Shown: positions 20,177-30,512, counted from the first letter of the stretch. The stretch is DNA of 64,000 bases from a bacterium (GCA_030647255.1 JAUSJK010000048.1:32540-96539), one strand, 5' to 3'. A program made the numbers and translations. The notes: generated from the letters alone by a model not told the origin.

Positions 20177-21676
20177 ATGTTTAGAAAATTACAAAAAATA
20201 AATCTGCTTCACCAGTTACGTCTTGATACGTTTAAAAAACAGACGGTCTATATTATTCTCATCGGCATATTTATAGGAGCAAATTTCTTATTATCTACTT
20301 TGCCTTTGCGTCTCGATCTATCCAGTGGGGCTGCCTACACGCTTTCACCTTCGAGTAAAAAAATAATCACCAAACTTGATAACAGTGTCGATATCAAATT
20401 GTATGTTTCTTCAGATCTGCCGACCCGCCTGGTACCTATAAAAACGAACGTGGTCGATCTTCTCAATGAATATAAAAGAGCAAGCAACGGAAAAATAAAT
20501 ATCAAAATACTTGATCCTAAAAAAGATGCCACTGCTCAACAGGAAGCCAAAGATGCGGGTATTCCCGAGTTGCAGTTTTCTCAACTGGAACAGGATAAGT
20601 ATGCCGTAACATCGTCATATTTTGGTATCGCCGCCTCGTATGGTAATAAAAAAGAAGTGTTACCCCAAGTAACTGATATAGAAAGTCTCGAGTACAATCT
20701 CACAGCGGCCATATACAAGATGACGCATAAAGAACTGGCGAAAGTTGGCATCATGGGAAAAGAGGAAGCTATTATTCCCCAGCAGGAAGATTTAGGCACA
20801 TTGAAACAGATACTGGCCCAACAGTTTGAAATAAATTATATTGCCGAAGCGTCGGCGGGTGCACAAATTGACACTGCCAATAAAGTTGTCATGCTTTTTG
20901 ACAATAATAATAAAGCATATTCGGAAGATGAGATACAGGTACTCAAAAATTATATTGCCAAAAACGGCAACTTGATTGTATTTTCAGACGGCGAATGGGT
21001 CATGGATGATCTAACAACAGCTCCCGCCACTCATAATCTGGAAAATCTTTTAAGTGCGTATGGAATAAAACTTCATAATGATTTAGTTCTTTCAAGTTCG
21101 GCTGAGATGGTGAACTTCGGTAACCAGATAGTCTCATATTTATCTCCTTACCCCTTCTGGCTCAAGACAAACAACTTTAACGAAAAAATGTCGTATTTTT
21201 CGAATATTACTCAACTGACGTATCCTTGGGTTTCGGCGTTGTCCCTCACAAAGAAAGATGGTATTGAGACAAAGGAAGTGGTTAAGAGTACCCAGTCATC
21301 CTGGGAGCAAAAAAATACATTTATTCTTAATCCACAGGAAATTCCTCAACCGAAGTCACAAGATTTGCAAGAATTTCTCATCACTGCGGAAGCAAAACAA
21401 AAAAACGGAGGCAGTCTTTTAGTCATTCCTTCTTCCCGGTTTGTTAACGACAGATATTTGAGCCGCGGATCGGGGAATATTGAGTTTGTTTTAAATGCTC
21501 TCAATAACTTTGGTTCAGACGGGGCTTTATCGGGTATACGACAGCGGGCAGTTTCTTTTTATCCAATTCCTGATCTGCCTGAACAACTAAAAGATATATT
21601 CAAGTATGCCAATATTCTTCTTCTCCCTCTGCTTCTCGCGGTCTACGGCGGCATACGACTCATGAAGAGAAAATAA
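20177..21676 (+). CDS. GldG-like ABC auxiliary component
   Basis: RLDLS...YTLS, LEYNLT, C-terminal TM helix; in an operon with gldA/gldF-like genes. Confidence 0.8.
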   Translation: MFRKLQKINLLHQLRLDTFKKQTVYIILIGIFIGANFLLSTLPLRLDLSSGAAYTLSPSSKKIITKLDNSVDIKLYVSSDLPTRLVPIKTNVVDLLNEYKRASNGKINIKILDPKKDATAQQEAKDAGIPELQFSQLEQDKYAVTSSYFGIAASYGNKKEVLPQVTDIESLEYNLTAAIYKMTHKELAKVGIMGKEEAIIPQQEDLGTLKQILAQQFEINYIAEASAGAQIDTANKVVMLFDNNNKAYSEDEIQVLKNYIAKNGNLIVFSDGEWVMDDLTTAPATHNLENLLSAYGIKLHNDLVLSSSAEMVNFGNQIVSYLSPYPFWLKTNNFNEKMSYFSNITQLTYPWVSALSLTKKDGIETKEVVKSTQSSWEQKNTFILNPQEIPQPKSQDLQEFLITAEAKQKNGGSLLVIPSSRFVNDRYLSRGSGNIEFVLNALNNFGSDGALSGIRQRAVSFYPIPDLPEQLKDIFKYANILLLPLLLAVYGGIRLMKRK

Positions 21677-21690
21677 GTTATAATTGTCAC

Positions 21691-23097
21691 ATGGTAAGAA
21701 CACGTATCGCTCCATCTCCGACAGGAAATGATATCCATATAGGCAATCTTTACACAGCGCTTATCAACTGGGCATTTGCCAAAAAAAATAAAGGTTCGTT
21801 TATCATTCGAATTGAAGACACAGATAGAACCCGTCTCGTAGAAGGAGCGGAGGAAAAAATACTTTCTTCATTTCTTGCCTATGGACTGGACTATGATGAG
21901 GGACCCGGAAAAGAAGGTAAGTATGCTCCTTACAGACAATCAGAACGGTTAAGTATCTACAAAAAACACGCCGATGAATTAATACAAAAAAGAGCCGCCT
22001 ATTACTGTGTCTGCACGAAGGAACGTTTAGATGAGATAAGAAAAATTCAGCTGACAGAAAAAAAAGTACCCCGATACGATAAACATTGTTTAACGAATCA
22101 AGTAGAAGTACAAAAACAAATCAAGAAAGGTACACCTTACGTAATACGTCTGAAAGTACCCGAGCATAAAAAAATAGTTGCCGAAGATTTATTGAGAGGT
22201 GCGATTGAATTTTCTTCAAACGATCTTGACGATCAGGTTCTTCTTAAATCTGATGGCTACCCGACGTATCATCTGGCCGTTGTTGTTGACGATACGCTGA
22301 TGGAGATAACACATGTGATACGGGCGGAAGAATGGCTTTCATCCACGCCAAAACATATTCTTCTTTACGAAGCGTTTGGTTGGCAGAAACCTATATTTGT
22401 CCACCTGCCTATTTTACGAAACCCTGACCGATCTAAACTTTCAAAAAGAAAAAATCCTGTCTGGGCGTCGTGGTATCTGGAACAAGGGTATCTGCCGGAA
22501 GCGGTTCTCAACTATCTATCACTTATGGGGTGGTCTCATCCGGAAGGAAAAGAAATATTTTCTCTGGAAGAATTTATTCGGGTGTTTGAACTTAAAGATA
22601 TAAAGACCTCAGGGCCTGCATTCGACCAAGTGAAGCTTGAATGGATGAATGGAGAGTACATACGAAACATGAAACATGAAACATTAAACATGAAACTTTT
22701 AGATTTTATTGGACCACAATATCCCAAGGAATTAGTGGAAAAAACGATACCTCTTATTCAGGAGAGGATTAAGAAATTGTCCGATTATCTTCCTTTGACA
22801 GAGTTTTTTTTCAAAAGGCCAGAGAAGTACGAAATAGATATGAGTAAGTATAAAGATATTCTTAAAAAAGTAGGGGAGAAAATAGAAACGGTTACAGAAT
22901 GGAAGTCGAAAGAAATAGGGGAGGCGATGCAAAGTGTCGCGACAGAGGTGGGGATGAAGAATAGTGAGTTTTTTATGATGCTCAGAGTCGCCATCACAGG
23001 AAAAAAAATCTCCCCCCCTCTTAACGAGTCGATGGAAATACTAGGGAAGGAAGAATCAGTTAGTAGGGTAAAATCAGCGACGACGCCAGAATCGTAG
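21691..23097 (+). CDS. gltX: Glutamate-tRNA ligase
   Basis: RIAPSPTG, HIGN, LKSDGYPTYH and KLSKR motifs. Confidence 0.95.
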   Translation: MVRTRIAPSPTGNDIHIGNLYTALINWAFAKKNKGSFIIRIEDTDRTRLVEGAEEKILSSFLAYGLDYDEGPGKEGKYAPYRQSERLSIYKKHADELIQKRAAYYCVCTKERLDEIRKIQLTEKKVPRYDKHCLTNQVEVQKQIKKGTPYVIRLKVPEHKKIVAEDLLRGAIEFSSNDLDDQVLLKSDGYPTYHLAVVVDDTLMEITHVIRAEEWLSSTPKHILLYEAFGWQKPIFVHLPILRNPDRSKLSKRKNPVWASWYLEQGYLPEAVLNYLSLMGWSHPEGKEIFSLEEFIRVFELKDIKTSGPAFDQVKLEWMNGEYIRNMKHETLNMKLLDFIGPQYPKELVEKTIPLIQERIKKLSDYLPLTEFFFKRPEKYEIDMSKYKDILKKVGEKIETVTEWKSKEIGEAMQSVATEVGMKNSEFFMMLRVAITGKKISPPLNESMEILGKEESVSRVKSATTPES

Positions 23098-23119
23098 TTG
23101 ACTCATTGAAAACGATCCT
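23078..23119. repeat. Partial CGTC-family element (copy E) overlapping the gltX stop codon
   Basis: CGACGACGCCAGAATCGTAGTT...AACGATCCT matches the core of copy B. Confidence 0.75.
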
Positions 23120-23126
23120 CATACAT

Positions 23127-24383
23127 TTATTTACTGATATCTTTTCGATACTGCATACCGTCAAATTGAATCTGGTCGACGGCGAGATAGGCTTTTTTTA
23201 ATGCTTCTTTTATATTTTTTCCGGTGACGGAGACGCCCAGTACTCTACCTCCGTTTGTGACGACACCCTCTTTATTTTTCTTAGTACCTGAATGAAAGAT
23301 AACGACGTCCTTGAACTCTTCTGCTTTTTTTAGGCCGTAAATAGCATCGCCTTTTTTATATGTTCCGGGATACCCTTTCGAAGCGATCATTATACAGCAG
23401 GCGGCTTTCTTCTCCCATATTATCTTAAGGTTCTTTAATGAGCCGTCGATGCAAGCTTCGATAATATCTATAAGATCTGTTTTTAAAATCCTCATATACG
23501 ACTGCGTTTCCGGATCACCGAATCGGGAGTTAAATTCGAGAACTTTCGGTCCTTCTTTTGTGAGCATGATTCCCGGATAAAGACAACCTTTAAATGGGCG
23601 TCCCTCTTTTTGAAGCGCTTTTAACACAGGTTTGACTATCTTTTCTTCGATTTTCGGCAGTGTTTTTTTGGTTATTCCTTCGACGGGTACGATCGTGCCC
23701 ATGCCTCCCGTATTTGGTCCTTTGTTATCTTCGAATATTTGCTTGTGGTCTTTAGAAATGGGAAAAAGAGCAACGGTTTTTCCGTCACAAAATGCGTGGA
23801 CAGAAATTTCTTTGCCTTCTAGATATTCTTCGATCACGATTTCTTGACCGGCCGGACCGAATATATTTTTTACCAAGATCTCGTCTACGGTTTTTTCAGC
23901 TTCTTCGAAGGTTTTTGATATAACCACGCCTTTTCCAAGAGCCAAACCGCTCGCTTTTATGACGATAGGCATCTTTTGAGTTTGTAGATATTTTTTTGCC
24001 TTCTCGGCATCGTGGAATGTTGCATATGCCGCTGTAGGAATATTATTTTTTCGCATTATTTTTTTGGCATATGCTTTTGACCACTCTATTTTGGCGGCGA
24101 TTTTTGTCGGACCGAAAGCTTTTATGTGTGCTTTCGTCAAATCATCTACCAGGCCTTGAGCCAACACGTCATCTGGTCCCACAACAACCATTTCGACACG
24201 ATTTTTCTTAGCGAATGAAACAATTTCTTGATTATTTTTGATATCTAAAGGAACATTTATTCCTAAGCTTTCAGTGCCGGCATTGCCTGGAGCGATATAG
24301 AGTTTTTGTAGTCTTTTGGATTGTGTGATTTTCCAGGCGAGAGCATGTTCTCGTCCTCCCGAACCGATGATTAAGATATTCAT
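23127..24383 (-). CDS. purD: Phosphoribosylamine-glycine ligase
   Basis: GSGGREHA, GKGV, GPNTGGMG, EFNSRFGDPE and TNGGRVL motifs. Confidence 0.95.
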   Translation of the reverse strand: MNILIIGSGGREHALAWKITQSKRLQKLYIAPGNAGTESLGINVPLDIKNNQEIVSFAKKNRVEMVVVGPDDVLAQGLVDDLTKAHIKAFGPTKIAAKIEWSKAYAKKIMRKNNIPTAAYATFHDAEKAKKYLQTQKMPIVIKASGLALGKGVVISKTFEEAEKTVDEILVKNIFGPAGQEIVIEEYLEGKEISVHAFCDGKTVALFPISKDHKQIFEDNKGPNTGGMGTIVPVEGITKKTLPKIEEKIVKPVLKALQKEGRPFKGCLYPGIMLTKEGPKVLEFNSRFGDPETQSYMRILKTDLIDIIEACIDGSLKNLKIIWEKKAACCIMIASKGYPGTYKKGDAIYGLKKAEEFKDVVIFHSGTKKNKEGVVTNGGRVLGVSVTGKNIKEALKKAYLAVDQIQFDGMQYRKDISK

Positions 24384-25897
24384 ATTTTAAAAACACTTCC
24401 GTCCTTATTGATTGGATACACTCCGGTGAGACACCCTCCACACGAACCGTTTCTTAAAAAAATTTCTTCTTTTCTTGATGGTATGTCTGGTTTAGAACTG
24501 AGAAGCTTTGCTTTGACAAAGCCCACGTTGGAGATATAGTTCACAGAAGTTGCCCCAATGGATTTGGCGATATGTTCGGGGGTTCCGTCAGTTTCATTCG
24601 CGACAAGTTCTTCTTTTGTTCTCAAAGATACGCCGAGGTGACAGTGGTCCTTCACAGGAGGAAAGCCGACGATCCAATGGACTTCTTTGGCTCCCAGAGA
24701 GAATACGGCTCGAGTGATTTCTTTGGAAACATTTCCTCTGACGATCGAATCATCGCCTATCACCACGACAGCATCTTTCCAGATATGTCCATCAGGGACA
24801 AGGGACAATTTTCCGAGTACTTTTTTTTTGATTTTTTTAATGTGATCATCTTTCATAAACAAGCGGTGAGATCCATTGACATCAAAATGGTCTCTGATGA
24901 TGACTTGTTTATAAGGAAGATGAAGTGTGTTGGCGTACTCTGCGGCTATTGCCAGTCCCGAGTCGGGAAGTCCGACGACAAAGCTGGCATTTTTAATGGG
25001 TTTTTCTGAAGCGAGTATGGTTCCACATCTTTGTCTGAATCGTGAGACAGACATCCAGTTTTCTTTTTTTTGAGAATCTTTATTTTCATTCGTAGACATA
25101 AGCGAATCGGGTCTTGCGAAGTAGGCCCATTCAAAATCACAGAAATGATAACTCCGTGAACTATCTTTTTTTATTGTTTTGATGCCATTTCTATCTATTT
25201 TAAGTATCTCTCCTTTTTCCAGCTGTCTCACTACTTTGGCGCCGAGTTTATCGAACGCGTGTGTTTCTGATGCGAGCATAAAGGTATCTTTAAATGTACC
25301 CAAGATAAGCGGCCGGATACCCGACTTATCTCGCGCGGCATAGAGACAGTTTTCGACGCCAAAAATAAAACTATAGGCCCCTTCTGCTTTTTCCAGTGCT
25401 TTGATTATTTTTTCTTCCCACGAAGAAGCTTTAATAGAAGCAAGATACTGGGTAAAAATATAAGTGTCGCTGATTCCTTCGGGATAGTTTTTCAGAAGTG
25501 TTGATTTCATGTGGGTTGTTTCGGGGAGTTCTCCATTATGAACAACGGAAATTTTTCCCAGATTTTTGGACACCCCGACGCATGGCTGAAGATTATGTTT
25601 GATGTAACCGCCGTTGGTGCCGTACCGGCAGTGGACGAGAAACCAATTGGAAGGAAAATCAAGTTTTTTGACGACGTCTTTGGTGAAAATTTCCCTGAGA
25701 AGTCCGTCTCCGGTAAATTTGATCAGTTTTTTATTTTTATAAAAGGTAATACCGGCTCCGTGTTGTCCTCGGTGCTGAACTCCTCCGGCGGCGACAATGG
25801 CGGGCCTGATGAGAGACTGCGGCTTTGTTGAAAAAAGACCCACTATGCCGCATTTTTCCTGAAGAGGTTTATCTTCGATATATTGGTTAAGATTCAT
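24380..25897 (-). CDS. purF: Amidophosphoribosyltransferase
   Basis: EK|CGIVG, QHRGQ, HCRYGT, HNGE, CDFEWAYFARPDS and DDSIVRG motifs. Confidence 0.92.
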   Translation of the reverse strand: MNLNQYIEDKPLQEKCGIVGLFSTKPQSLIRPAIVAAGGVQHRGQHGAGITFYKNKKLIKFTGDGLLREIFTKDVVKKLDFPSNWFLVHCRYGTNGGYIKHNLQPCVGVSKNLGKISVVHNGELPETTHMKSTLLKNYPEGISDTYIFTQYLASIKASSWEEKIIKALEKAEGAYSFIFGVENCLYAARDKSGIRPLILGTFKDTFMLASETHAFDKLGAKVVRQLEKGEILKIDRNGIKTIKKDSSRSYHFCDFEWAYFARPDSLMSTNENKDSQKKENWMSVSRFRQRCGTILASEKPIKNASFVVGLPDSGLAIAAEYANTLHLPYKQVIIRDHFDVNGSHRLFMKDDHIKKIKKKVLGKLSLVPDGHIWKDAVVVIGDDSIVRGNVSKEITRAVFSLGAKEVHWIVGFPPVKDHCHLGVSLRTKEELVANETDGTPEHIAKSIGATSVNYISNVGFVKAKLLSSKPDIPSRKEEIFLRNGSCGGCLTGVYPINKDGSVFKI

Positions 25898-25981
25898 TTT
25901 TTTTCATTCTTTCACAACGACCGTTTCGATAGCAATAAATGCACTAATAGTATAATAAATTAATTTTTAATTTGTTCTCCT

Positions 25982-27073
25982 ATGAAATATGCAAAGACGG
26001 GGGTGAACTATGATCTCATGGATGTCTTGAAACGGATGGCACAAAAAGAGGGCAGAAAAACGATACTCAATCTTTCCCTCGGTTTTAAAGAAGTCTCGCA
26101 ATCCCGAGGAGAATCTGCGTATATCATCGAACATAAAGACTCATATCTCGTGACTGTACAGGAAGGACTCGGTACAAAAAGTCTCATCGCTGATGAGATG
26201 TATAAAGAAAGTGGAAAATCCTATTATGATAGTTTAGCACAGGATACGGTGGCGATGATTGTCAACGATCTTGTGACAGTCGGCGCTAAGCCTTTGATAG
26301 TCCAAGCCTATTGGGGAGCGGGGAGTCCAGAGTGGTTTAAAGATACACAAAGAATGAAAGATCTGGTTTCGGGGTGGAAAAAAGCGTGTGATATGTCAGG
26401 TGCCGTCTGGGGAGGAGGCGAGACGTGTACTCTTACAAGCATCATTGCTAAAGATGCCTTCGATCTGGCGGGGTCAAGCGTAGGCGTTATTCAACCCAAA
26501 AAAAGATTAACACTCGGAAATAAAATCCGGGCGGCTGACAGAATAATTATGTTCGAGAGCAGTGGCATACATGCCAACGGTCTTTCTCTCGCTCGGGCAA
26601 TAGCCGACAAACTTCCTCAAAGATATATGGCAAAAATGAGTAATGGAGTTTTATATGGAGAAGCACTTTTAAAACCGACGATTATCTACGCGAAACTGAT
26701 TGAGTCTTTATTTATTGCGAGTATAGATATACATTATATGGTGAATATAACGGGGCACGGGTGGAGGAAGCTTATGAGATACTCAAAACCATTTACTTAT
26801 AGAATCACGTCGACTCCTTCGATTCCTGAACTTTTTAAATTTATGATGGAACATGGGCCGCTTGATATGAAAGAAGCCTATGGGAATCTCAATATGGGGG
26901 CTGGATTTGCGATTTTTATCTCCCAGAAAGACATAGAAAAAACCATACAAATAGCCAAAGCATTAAAACTAAAAGTATTTGATGCGGGAGTGATTGAAAA
27001 AGGAAAAAAACAAGTCGTCATCGAACCTCATGGGATAACTTTTTCGGAAGAAGAGTTAAGGGTTAGAAATTAG
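25982..27073 (+). CDS. purM: Phosphoribosylformylglycinamidine cyclo-ligase (AIR synthase)
   Basis: EGLGTK, AMIVND, GGET, SSGIHANG, NITGHG and LNMGAG motifs. Confidence 0.9.
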   Translation: MKYAKTGVNYDLMDVLKRMAQKEGRKTILNLSLGFKEVSQSRGESAYIIEHKDSYLVTVQEGLGTKSLIADEMYKESGKSYYDSLAQDTVAMIVNDLVTVGAKPLIVQAYWGAGSPEWFKDTQRMKDLVSGWKKACDMSGAVWGGGETCTLTSIIAKDAFDLAGSSVGVIQPKKRLTLGNKIRAADRIIMFESSGIHANGLSLARAIADKLPQRYMAKMSNGVLYGEALLKPTIIYAKLIESLFIASIDIHYMVNITGHGWRKLMRYSKPFTYRITSTPSIPELFKFMMEHGPLDMKEAYGNLNMGAGFAIFISQKDIEKTIQIAKALKLKVFDAGVIEKGKKQVVIEPHGITFSEEELRVRN

Positions 27074-27981
27074 TACATCTCGACCCAGTGTGGGTCTGTC
27101 TCGACGGTGAGATCAAGATATATTTTTTTTCCTGTGGCTAACGCAATCTCTTTTCTCGCCCAACTGCCGAGTTCTTTTATTTTTCGTCCTTTCGAACCGA
27201 TAATCATCCGTTTATACCTGTCTTCTGTCGTTAAAATCCGCGCTTTGATGTAGGTCAATTTTGGGGTGCGCTCGATGATTTCGTCTATCACGGCAGTTGT
27301 CGTATACGGTATCTCTTCTCCCATACCCAAAAATACTTTTTCACGGATGAGTTCGGCTATAAATGTGCGGCTGTCCATATTGAGAAGGGGATAGACCGGT
27401 TTGAGACTTTTGTAATATTCGACGGTATCATTTTTTTCCGGAAGAAGCTCAAATATTTTATCCGTCAGAGGTTTAATATGTTTGTCTTGGAGGGCTGAAA
27501 TATAAAATACATGATCGAATTCATCCTCGAGAAATTTATACTGAGGGAGAAATTTTGCTTCAAGATCAACTTTATTGATGACTAAAATCTTGGGTTTGTC
27601 TATTTTTCGGACGATACCGAGCACTTTTCCTTCTTCAAAATCACGCTTTCTGCTTTGGTCAACCATGTATATGACGACATCCACATTCTCTTTGACAGTC
27701 AGGAGAGTTTTAGAGTTTATTTTTTTGGAAAGTTTATCTTCCGCTTTGCCAAATATACCGGGGGTATCCGTGAAGACGATTGTGCCTCGTTCATCTTCGT
27801 ACATCGCTTTGATAGGCGAGCGGGTCGTCTGAGGTTTGGGAGATGTAATAGCTACCTTACGACCGATCAATGTGTTCAAGAATGTTGATTTACCCACGTT
27901 TGGCCGGCCGATAAGAAGGACAGTACCTTCTTTTTTGATGGGTGCAGTGGGTATTTTTTTGTCCTGACGCTCCGATTTCAT
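27070..27981 (-). CDS. era: GTPase Era
   Basis: GRPNVGKST, PQTTR, DTPG, NKVD and KH domain (EEIPY, IIGSKG). Confidence 0.95.
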   Translation of the reverse strand: MKSERQDKKIPTAPIKKEGTVLLIGRPNVGKSTFLNTLIGRKVAITSPKPQTTRSPIKAMYEDERGTIVFTDTPGIFGKAEDKLSKKINSKTLLTVKENVDVVIYMVDQSRKRDFEEGKVLGIVRKIDKPKILVINKVDLEAKFLPQYKFLEDEFDHVFYISALQDKHIKPLTDKIFELLPEKNDTVEYYKSLKPVYPLLNMDSRTFIAELIREKVFLGMGEEIPYTTTAVIDEIIERTPKLTYIKARILTTEDRYKRMIIGSKGRKIKELGSWARKEIALATGKKIYLDLTVETDPHWVEMY

Positions 27982-28056
27982 ATAGTAAATTGTATCACAT
28001 TTTCCTTCTTAGCCTTTCTTATGTAGCTTTTTTTGGTAAAATAAGAGTATTTTGTA

Positions 28057-28132
28057 TGGGGAGTGGTGTAACGGTAACACGCCAGACTTTGGATCTGCGC
28101 GACTCAAGGTTCGAATCCTTGCTCCCCAGCCA
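28057..28132 (+). tRNA. tRNA-Gln(TTG)
   Basis: TGGGGAG...CAGA-CTTTGGA-TCTG...GGTTCGAATCC...CTCCCCAGCCA. Confidence 0.92.
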
Positions 28133-28238
28133 TTCGACTCGCCCTGAGTATAATCGAACGGGCTCGCTCATGGCTATAGCCAATTTCAAGTCGAATGTCC
28201 TGAGCGATGGTGAGCGAAGTCGAACCAGAGTCGAAGGA
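28131..28238. repeat. Nested palindromic structure between tRNA-Gln and the GIY-YIG gene
   Basis: CATTCGACT (28131) pairs with AGTCGAATG (28189); several TTCGAC..GCTCA / TGAG..TCGAA units are present. Confidence 0.7.
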
Positions 28239-28248
28239 ACAACATCTT

Positions 28249-28521
28249 ATGACCTTTTTCGTGTATATGCTTCGTAGTTCTTCAAATGATCTATATATTG
28301 GTCAAACTAATAATCTTATTGAGCGAGAAATTCAGCAAACTTCAAAATCTTCAAAGGCGGCAAAGTTTATAAAAGAAAGATCAGATTTTAAACTTGTGTA
28401 TTTTGAAAAATACAAAACAAGATTAGAATCAATGAGGAGAGAAAAACAACTCAAAGGATGGACGCGAGCTAAGAAAGAAGCGCTTATTAAGGGAGATTTA
28501 AAGCTGTTAAAAAAGTTATAA
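28249..28521 (+). CDS. Small GIY-YIG nuclease (YhbQ/UPF0213-like)
   Basis: FVYML..LYIGQTNNLIER..RREKQLKGWTRAKKEALI. Confidence 0.9.
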   Translation: MTFFVYMLRSSSNDLYIGQTNNLIEREIQQTSKSSKAAKFIKERSDFKLVYFEKYKTRLESMRREKQLKGWTRAKKEALIKGDLKLLKKL

Positions 28522-28532
28522 AATCGGTTAGT

Positions 28533-28561
28533 TGACAATCTCTTCAACCTCCGAGGTTGAA
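28533..28561. repeat. TGACAATCTCTTCAACCTC-hairpin repeat, copy 1 (others at 33690-33709 and 34823-34851)
   Basis: TGACAATCTC followed by the palindrome TTCAACCTC-C-GAGGTTGAA. Confidence 0.7.
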
Positions 28562-28732
28562 TTCACTTATATTTTTTCATACGCCCCATCTTAATCTACT
28601 TTAGCAATCCTTATCAGTCTACATTCTTATTCTTACCAACCGCCTGGCGAACGGTGTCAACTTCATGGTATGCTCAGTGTACTATGTGGGAACTATTTGA
28701 CTAACGATAAATTAATTTAATACTTTCATAAA

Positions 28733-29386
28733 GTGAAAACTCCTAAAAAAACTTCAACATCCTTACAAAAGCCATTACTAATAATTTTTTCTATCCTTAT
28801 TTTAGTTGTTATTTTTGCTGCCGGCATGAAGTATCAAAAGTATCAGATTACACACGAAAAACGGAATAGTGCAAACTATTTCGAAAATCAAAAATGGGGT
28901 TATTCAATTGATGTCTCTCCTGGCTTTAAGATGAAGGATCCTAATCCTGATTACGGACATTCCTTTATACAAAAAATTGGAGCGGATAAACAACAAGGTA
29001 TCTTTATATGGCCTATCCAATTTGGAGTTGATATGGCTGTTTTAACACCCATACCTGGGGCTGAGCATTTACAAATAACTTCACCTTTTAAGAAGGGTGA
29101 TCCGCTACTTGCAAAAATCAATATTGAATATCCATACAAAACTAAAAAGATAGTAGATCTTTCACGAGATGGTAAAACTATTTATTTACTTCGCTTTGAT
29201 AATATAACAGAAGGTGGAGGAGGACATGATTTTGAAAAAGAGGGTACTAACTATAAGCATATACTTTTTATCGAAGATGGTAACCAACAAGGAGTGAGAA
29301 TGGAAATTTGGGGTGTAACTGGTGATGTCTACTACGAATTAAACTATGAAGACTGGATTAATAGAATTGAGATTTTGAAAATATAA
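28733..29386 (+). CDS. Hypothetical membrane-anchored extracellular protein
   Basis: Single N-terminal TM helix; 217-aa ORF. Confidence 0.65.
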   Translation: MKTPKKTSTSLQKPLLIIFSILILVVIFAAGMKYQKYQITHEKRNSANYFENQKWGYSIDVSPGFKMKDPNPDYGHSFIQKIGADKQQGIFIWPIQFGVDMAVLTPIPGAEHLQITSPFKKGDPLLAKINIEYPYKTKKIVDLSRDGKTIYLLRFDNITEGGGGHDFEKEGTNYKHILFIEDGNQQGVRMEIWGVTGDVYYELNYEDWINRIEILKI

Positions 29387-29520
29387 AATTCTCTTCATAA
29401 AAAGTTCCTACATAGTAGTTCGGCTTTACTCACTATAAATCAACTAGAGCCACAAATAAAAAAATCAAGAAGATCTTCTTAGCAATCCAGAAGCGTATTA
29501 AAATCGGCATCTAGCCATTA

Positions 29521-29552
29521 AAAAAAGAGCGATAGAAAAACCGCTTTTTTTT
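29521..29552. terminator. Possible bidirectional intrinsic terminator
   Basis: aaaaaagagcg-loop-cgctttttttt. Confidence 0.4.
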
Positions 29553-29596
29553 GTAATTTGTACCCTATTTTCCCATTCATATATCGGTATGTTTCC

Positions 29597-29836
29597 TTAG
29601 AAATCCGTCATGAGATTGAACTGTTTCAGTATATCATTGGGTGTTTGCATATTAAGTGAAAGATGAGCACGTTGAGTATAGTAATAGTTGAGATTATCGG
29701 TTAACTCATGTTGAGGCAGAAGTTCAATAAGATCTCTTTTTGCCTTCGTTGTCCCTTCACGAAAAATATATTTTACATAATCCTTAACTCCGATTTCGAT
29801 ATCATCTACTAATCGATCTGTATTGTAATAGATCAT
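29597..29836 (-). pseudogene. Chimeric remnant: recombinase-like C-terminus plus DDE transposase C-terminus
   Basis: VKDYVKYIFREGTTKAKRDLIELL followed by YYYTQRAHLSLNMQTP, which resembles the IS481/IS3 YNxxRxHxxL..TP motif. Confidence 0.45.
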
Positions 29837-29867
29837 ATCCGAAACGAGCTTTTGGTATACTCCAATA

Positions 29868-30455
29868 ATGACTATATTTTATCTTATCCGTCATGGAAAT
29901 AAAAAAAAGCAACCGGGAGATTACGGGTTATCGGAATTGGGGAAAGCCCAGTCGGAACGAACTGCAAAACATTTAAAAATTTTTCCTATAATTGCTATTT
30001 GTACAAGTCCGTATGCTCGTGCCCAGGAAACAGCACAGATTATTGCACGTATTCTGAATCTCCCGGTAATAATAGAACAGTCACTAAAGGAACGGATGAA
30101 TTGGGAAAAAGAGTATCGATCATTTGAAGAGTTTATTCAGGAATGGCAATATGCAACCGATAATCCCGAATCTAAACCAAAGTTTGGAGATTCTGTTAAG
30201 GAAACTGCAAAAAGGATAGATGATATTATAAATAAGCTTGCAGATGATTCTGAAAATGGACATATTGTTTTAGTGACTCATGGTGGGACAATCCGGGATT
30301 TTTTAGTAATCTTGTCAAAAGAATACAGTCTAAAATTTGCCGAAAAGCAAATGGAAGGGGTTCGAGAATGTTCTATCACGAAAATTGTTCTTAGCAGAAA
30401 AAAAATAATCGTTAAATATCTTGATAACGTTTATCATTTGAAAGAATCTAGTTAG
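29868..30455 (+). CDS. Histidine phosphatase family protein
   Basis: LIRHG, SPYARAQET and VTHGG motifs. Confidence 0.88.
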   Translation: MTIFYLIRHGNKKKQPGDYGLSELGKAQSERTAKHLKIFPIIAICTSPYARAQETAQIIARILNLPVIIEQSLKERMNWEKEYRSFEEFIQEWQYATDNPESKPKFGDSVKETAKRIDDIINKLADDSENGHIVLVTHGGTIRDFLVILSKEYSLKFAEKQMEGVRECSITKIVLSRKKIIVKYLDNVYHLKESS

Positions 30456-30512
30456 GTTTTTTTAGTAAATATTTTAAGTGTACCCTACAGTTTATTTTAT
30501 AATATACTCTAA

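Noticed and set aside
20843..20860. gccgaagcgtcggcgggt (AEASAG) in the GldG-like gene as a second in-frame palindrome
   Set aside because: Too short and degenerate to support without an alignment.
18656..21676. Gliding motility machinery
   Set aside because: GldA/F/G-like ABC systems are widespread in non-gliding bacteria, and no gldK-N or spr genes are present.
7745..29456. Shared 13-mer ctagagccacaaa at 7745 and 29444
   Set aside because: Exact 13-bp matches are expected by chance in 64 kb of AT-rich DNA.
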